Source: Candidatus Nanoarchaeia archaeon (lineage in GTDB: Archaea; Nanobdellota; Nanobdellia; Woesearchaeales; JANQNC01). From it: a DNA stretch of 32,000 nt. The stretch is from NCBI GenBank assembly GCA_028279745.1, contig JANQNC010000001.1, positions 30,001 through 62,000 of the forward strand, written 5' to 3'. Position numbers and translations under genes: made by a program. The notes under the pieces are model-generated. The model was not told where the DNA came from. It saw only the letters and a program-made list of their open reading frames with translations, and ran no database searches. This document shows positions 31,222 to 32,000 of this stretch, piece after piece; position 1 is the first letter of the stretch, and each line of letters begins with the position of its first letter.

Positions 31222-31435
31222 GAAAAGAAAATAGCACAACAGCTAAAATAATCCAAACCAGCAAGAGAAGTAAAGTGACGACAGAAATAACTCTAACCGC
31301 TTTAGGTCTTGAAGATTGATTTGCTTTAATCAACAATATGATTGGAAGCACAATGGGCAGTAACATGTTTACTACTGGAATCAAAGCAACAATAGCGATG
31401 ATTGCAAGCCATAAAGATAAATTGTCTTTTGCCAT
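31211..31435 (-). CDS. small integral membrane protein (74 aa), tandem paralog
   Basis: Hydrophobic segments flank [17 protein letters not shown]. The pattern is shared with ORF 31437-31727 (LKNAKKSSMPWLVRLLSI). The 3' end overlaps lon by 11 nt (convergent). Confidence 0.55.
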   Translation of the reverse strand: MAKDNLSLWLAIIAIVALIPVVNMLLPIVLPIILLIKANQSSRPKAVRVISVVTLLLLLVWIILAVVLFSFLIV

Positions 31436-31436
31436 C

Positions 31437-31727
31437 TTAAGCCAACGCCCCCAAAATAGTTGATAGTACTGTTATGGTCATGTATGCAACCCAAATAACA
31501 ATTGCAACGATACTTAGTAACCTAACCAGCCAAGGCATTGAAGATTTCTTAGCATTCTTCAAAGCGATTATTGAAATTACCGGAACAACAAACTTGTTTG
31601 CTATCGGTATCACAAACATCAAAGCAACAAGTGCTAAAGAATAATATAGGTCTGGTCCAGAAACATCCTTCTTAACCACCTTCTTTTTTACTGCTTTTTT
31701 CTTAACTGCTTTCTTCTTAGCTGCCAT
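31437..31727 (-). CDS. small integral membrane protein with Lys-rich repeat N-terminus (96 aa), tandem paralog
   Basis: MAAKKKAVKKKAVKKKVVKK followed by hydrophobic segments. TATATAAA (31751-31758) lies ~27 nt upstream of the ATG. A 1-nt gap separates it from the downstream paralog. Confidence 0.6.
   Translation of the reverse strand: MAAKKKAVKKKAVKKKVVKKDVSGPDLYYSLALVALMFVIPIANKFVVPVISIIALKNAKKSSMPWLVRLLSIVAIVIWVAYMTITVLSTILGALA
31668..31724 (-). repeat. 15-nt tandem repeat (~4 units) encoding [AV][AV]KKK
   Basis: Minus-strand units are gca gct aag aag aaa / gca gtt aag aaa aaa / gca gta aaa aag aag / gtg gtt aag aag. Confidence 0.7.
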
Positions 31728-31792
31728 AATATGTATTTTGATGACAGTTGTATATAAAGCTTTTCATGAGGTTTAAAAAGGAAAAGGTAAGT

Positions 31793-32000
31793 TTATTCTT
31801 CTTTATTAGCGCTAACTGCTAGAGAATACAAATCCAACGTTTTTACTGCTCTCGCTTTAGCTTCCTCGAGAGTGAGGTCTGAAGAATAGTTAACCAAATA
31901 ATTCTTGCCGTCAATCTGACCGATTTCTAAAACTGTGCTAAGTGTGTCTTCTCTATTAAGAACTGAAGCTTTAATCTTTCTTTCCCATAGAGTTAAGCTA
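31793..32000 (-). CDS. 3' end of a CDS running into the window edge (partial, product unknown)
   Basis: The minus-strand frame is open from the window edge to TAA (31795-31793). It translates to ...LEIGQIDGKNYLVNYSSDLTLEEAKARAVKTLDLYSLAVSANKEE*. Confidence 0.4.
   Translation of the reverse strand, partial: SLTLWERKIKASVLNREDTLSTVLEIGQIDGKNYLVNYSSDLTLEEAKARAVKTLDLYSLAVSANKEE

Noticed and set aside
1-32000. Diversity-generating retroelement targeting the surface proteins (known in DPANN lineages), CRISPR arrays, and tRNA/rRNA genes
   Set aside because: There is no reverse transcriptase ORF. I could see no template/variable repeat pair or regularly spaced repeats by eye. Intergenic spacers are too short and AT-rich for tRNA or rRNA. 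A computational self-alignment would be needed to fully exclude a TR/VR pair.

Overview
AT-rich, very gene-dense fragment: start/stop overlaps of the ATGA and TAATG type, and convergent genes sharing a TTAA. It reads as archaeal, probably a small-genome DPANN-type lineage. That assignment is an inference from four things: a membrane-inserted LonB protease, an archaeal-style MetRS, TATA boxes about 26-35 nt upstream of ATGs (leaderless geometry), and three class III prepilin-like signal peptides. Standard stop codons are used. Housekeeping genes sit at both ends (metG 432-2582, lon 29338-31221). About two thirds of the window encodes exported or membrane proteins. The core is a ~15.9 kb, seven-gene, translationally coupled plus-strand operon (9385-25280). 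It encodes three giant secreted proteins (1015, 910 and 1520 aa; the 1015- and 1520-aa ones carry Ig-like repeats, the 1520-aa one also an FN3, the 910-aa one a coiled coil), two large pilin-like modular proteins (733 and 616 aa), a Q/P-rich single-pass protein and a 6-TM protein. None of their conserved cores matches a family I can name. A two-gene satellite module (3990-7372) carries a third pilin-like paralog fused to cadherin-like repeats. Two minus-strand clusters flank the operon, and each contains a paralogous beta-rich secreted protein. Also present: a ferritin-like protein, a YprB-type exonuclease, a convergent RelE-like/RHH-like pair, a TM-anchored OB-fold protein and tandem small membrane proteins. 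I saw no rRNA, tRNA, CRISPR array, transposase, integrase or reverse transcriptase. All family assignments come from motif recognition by eye, not from searches.
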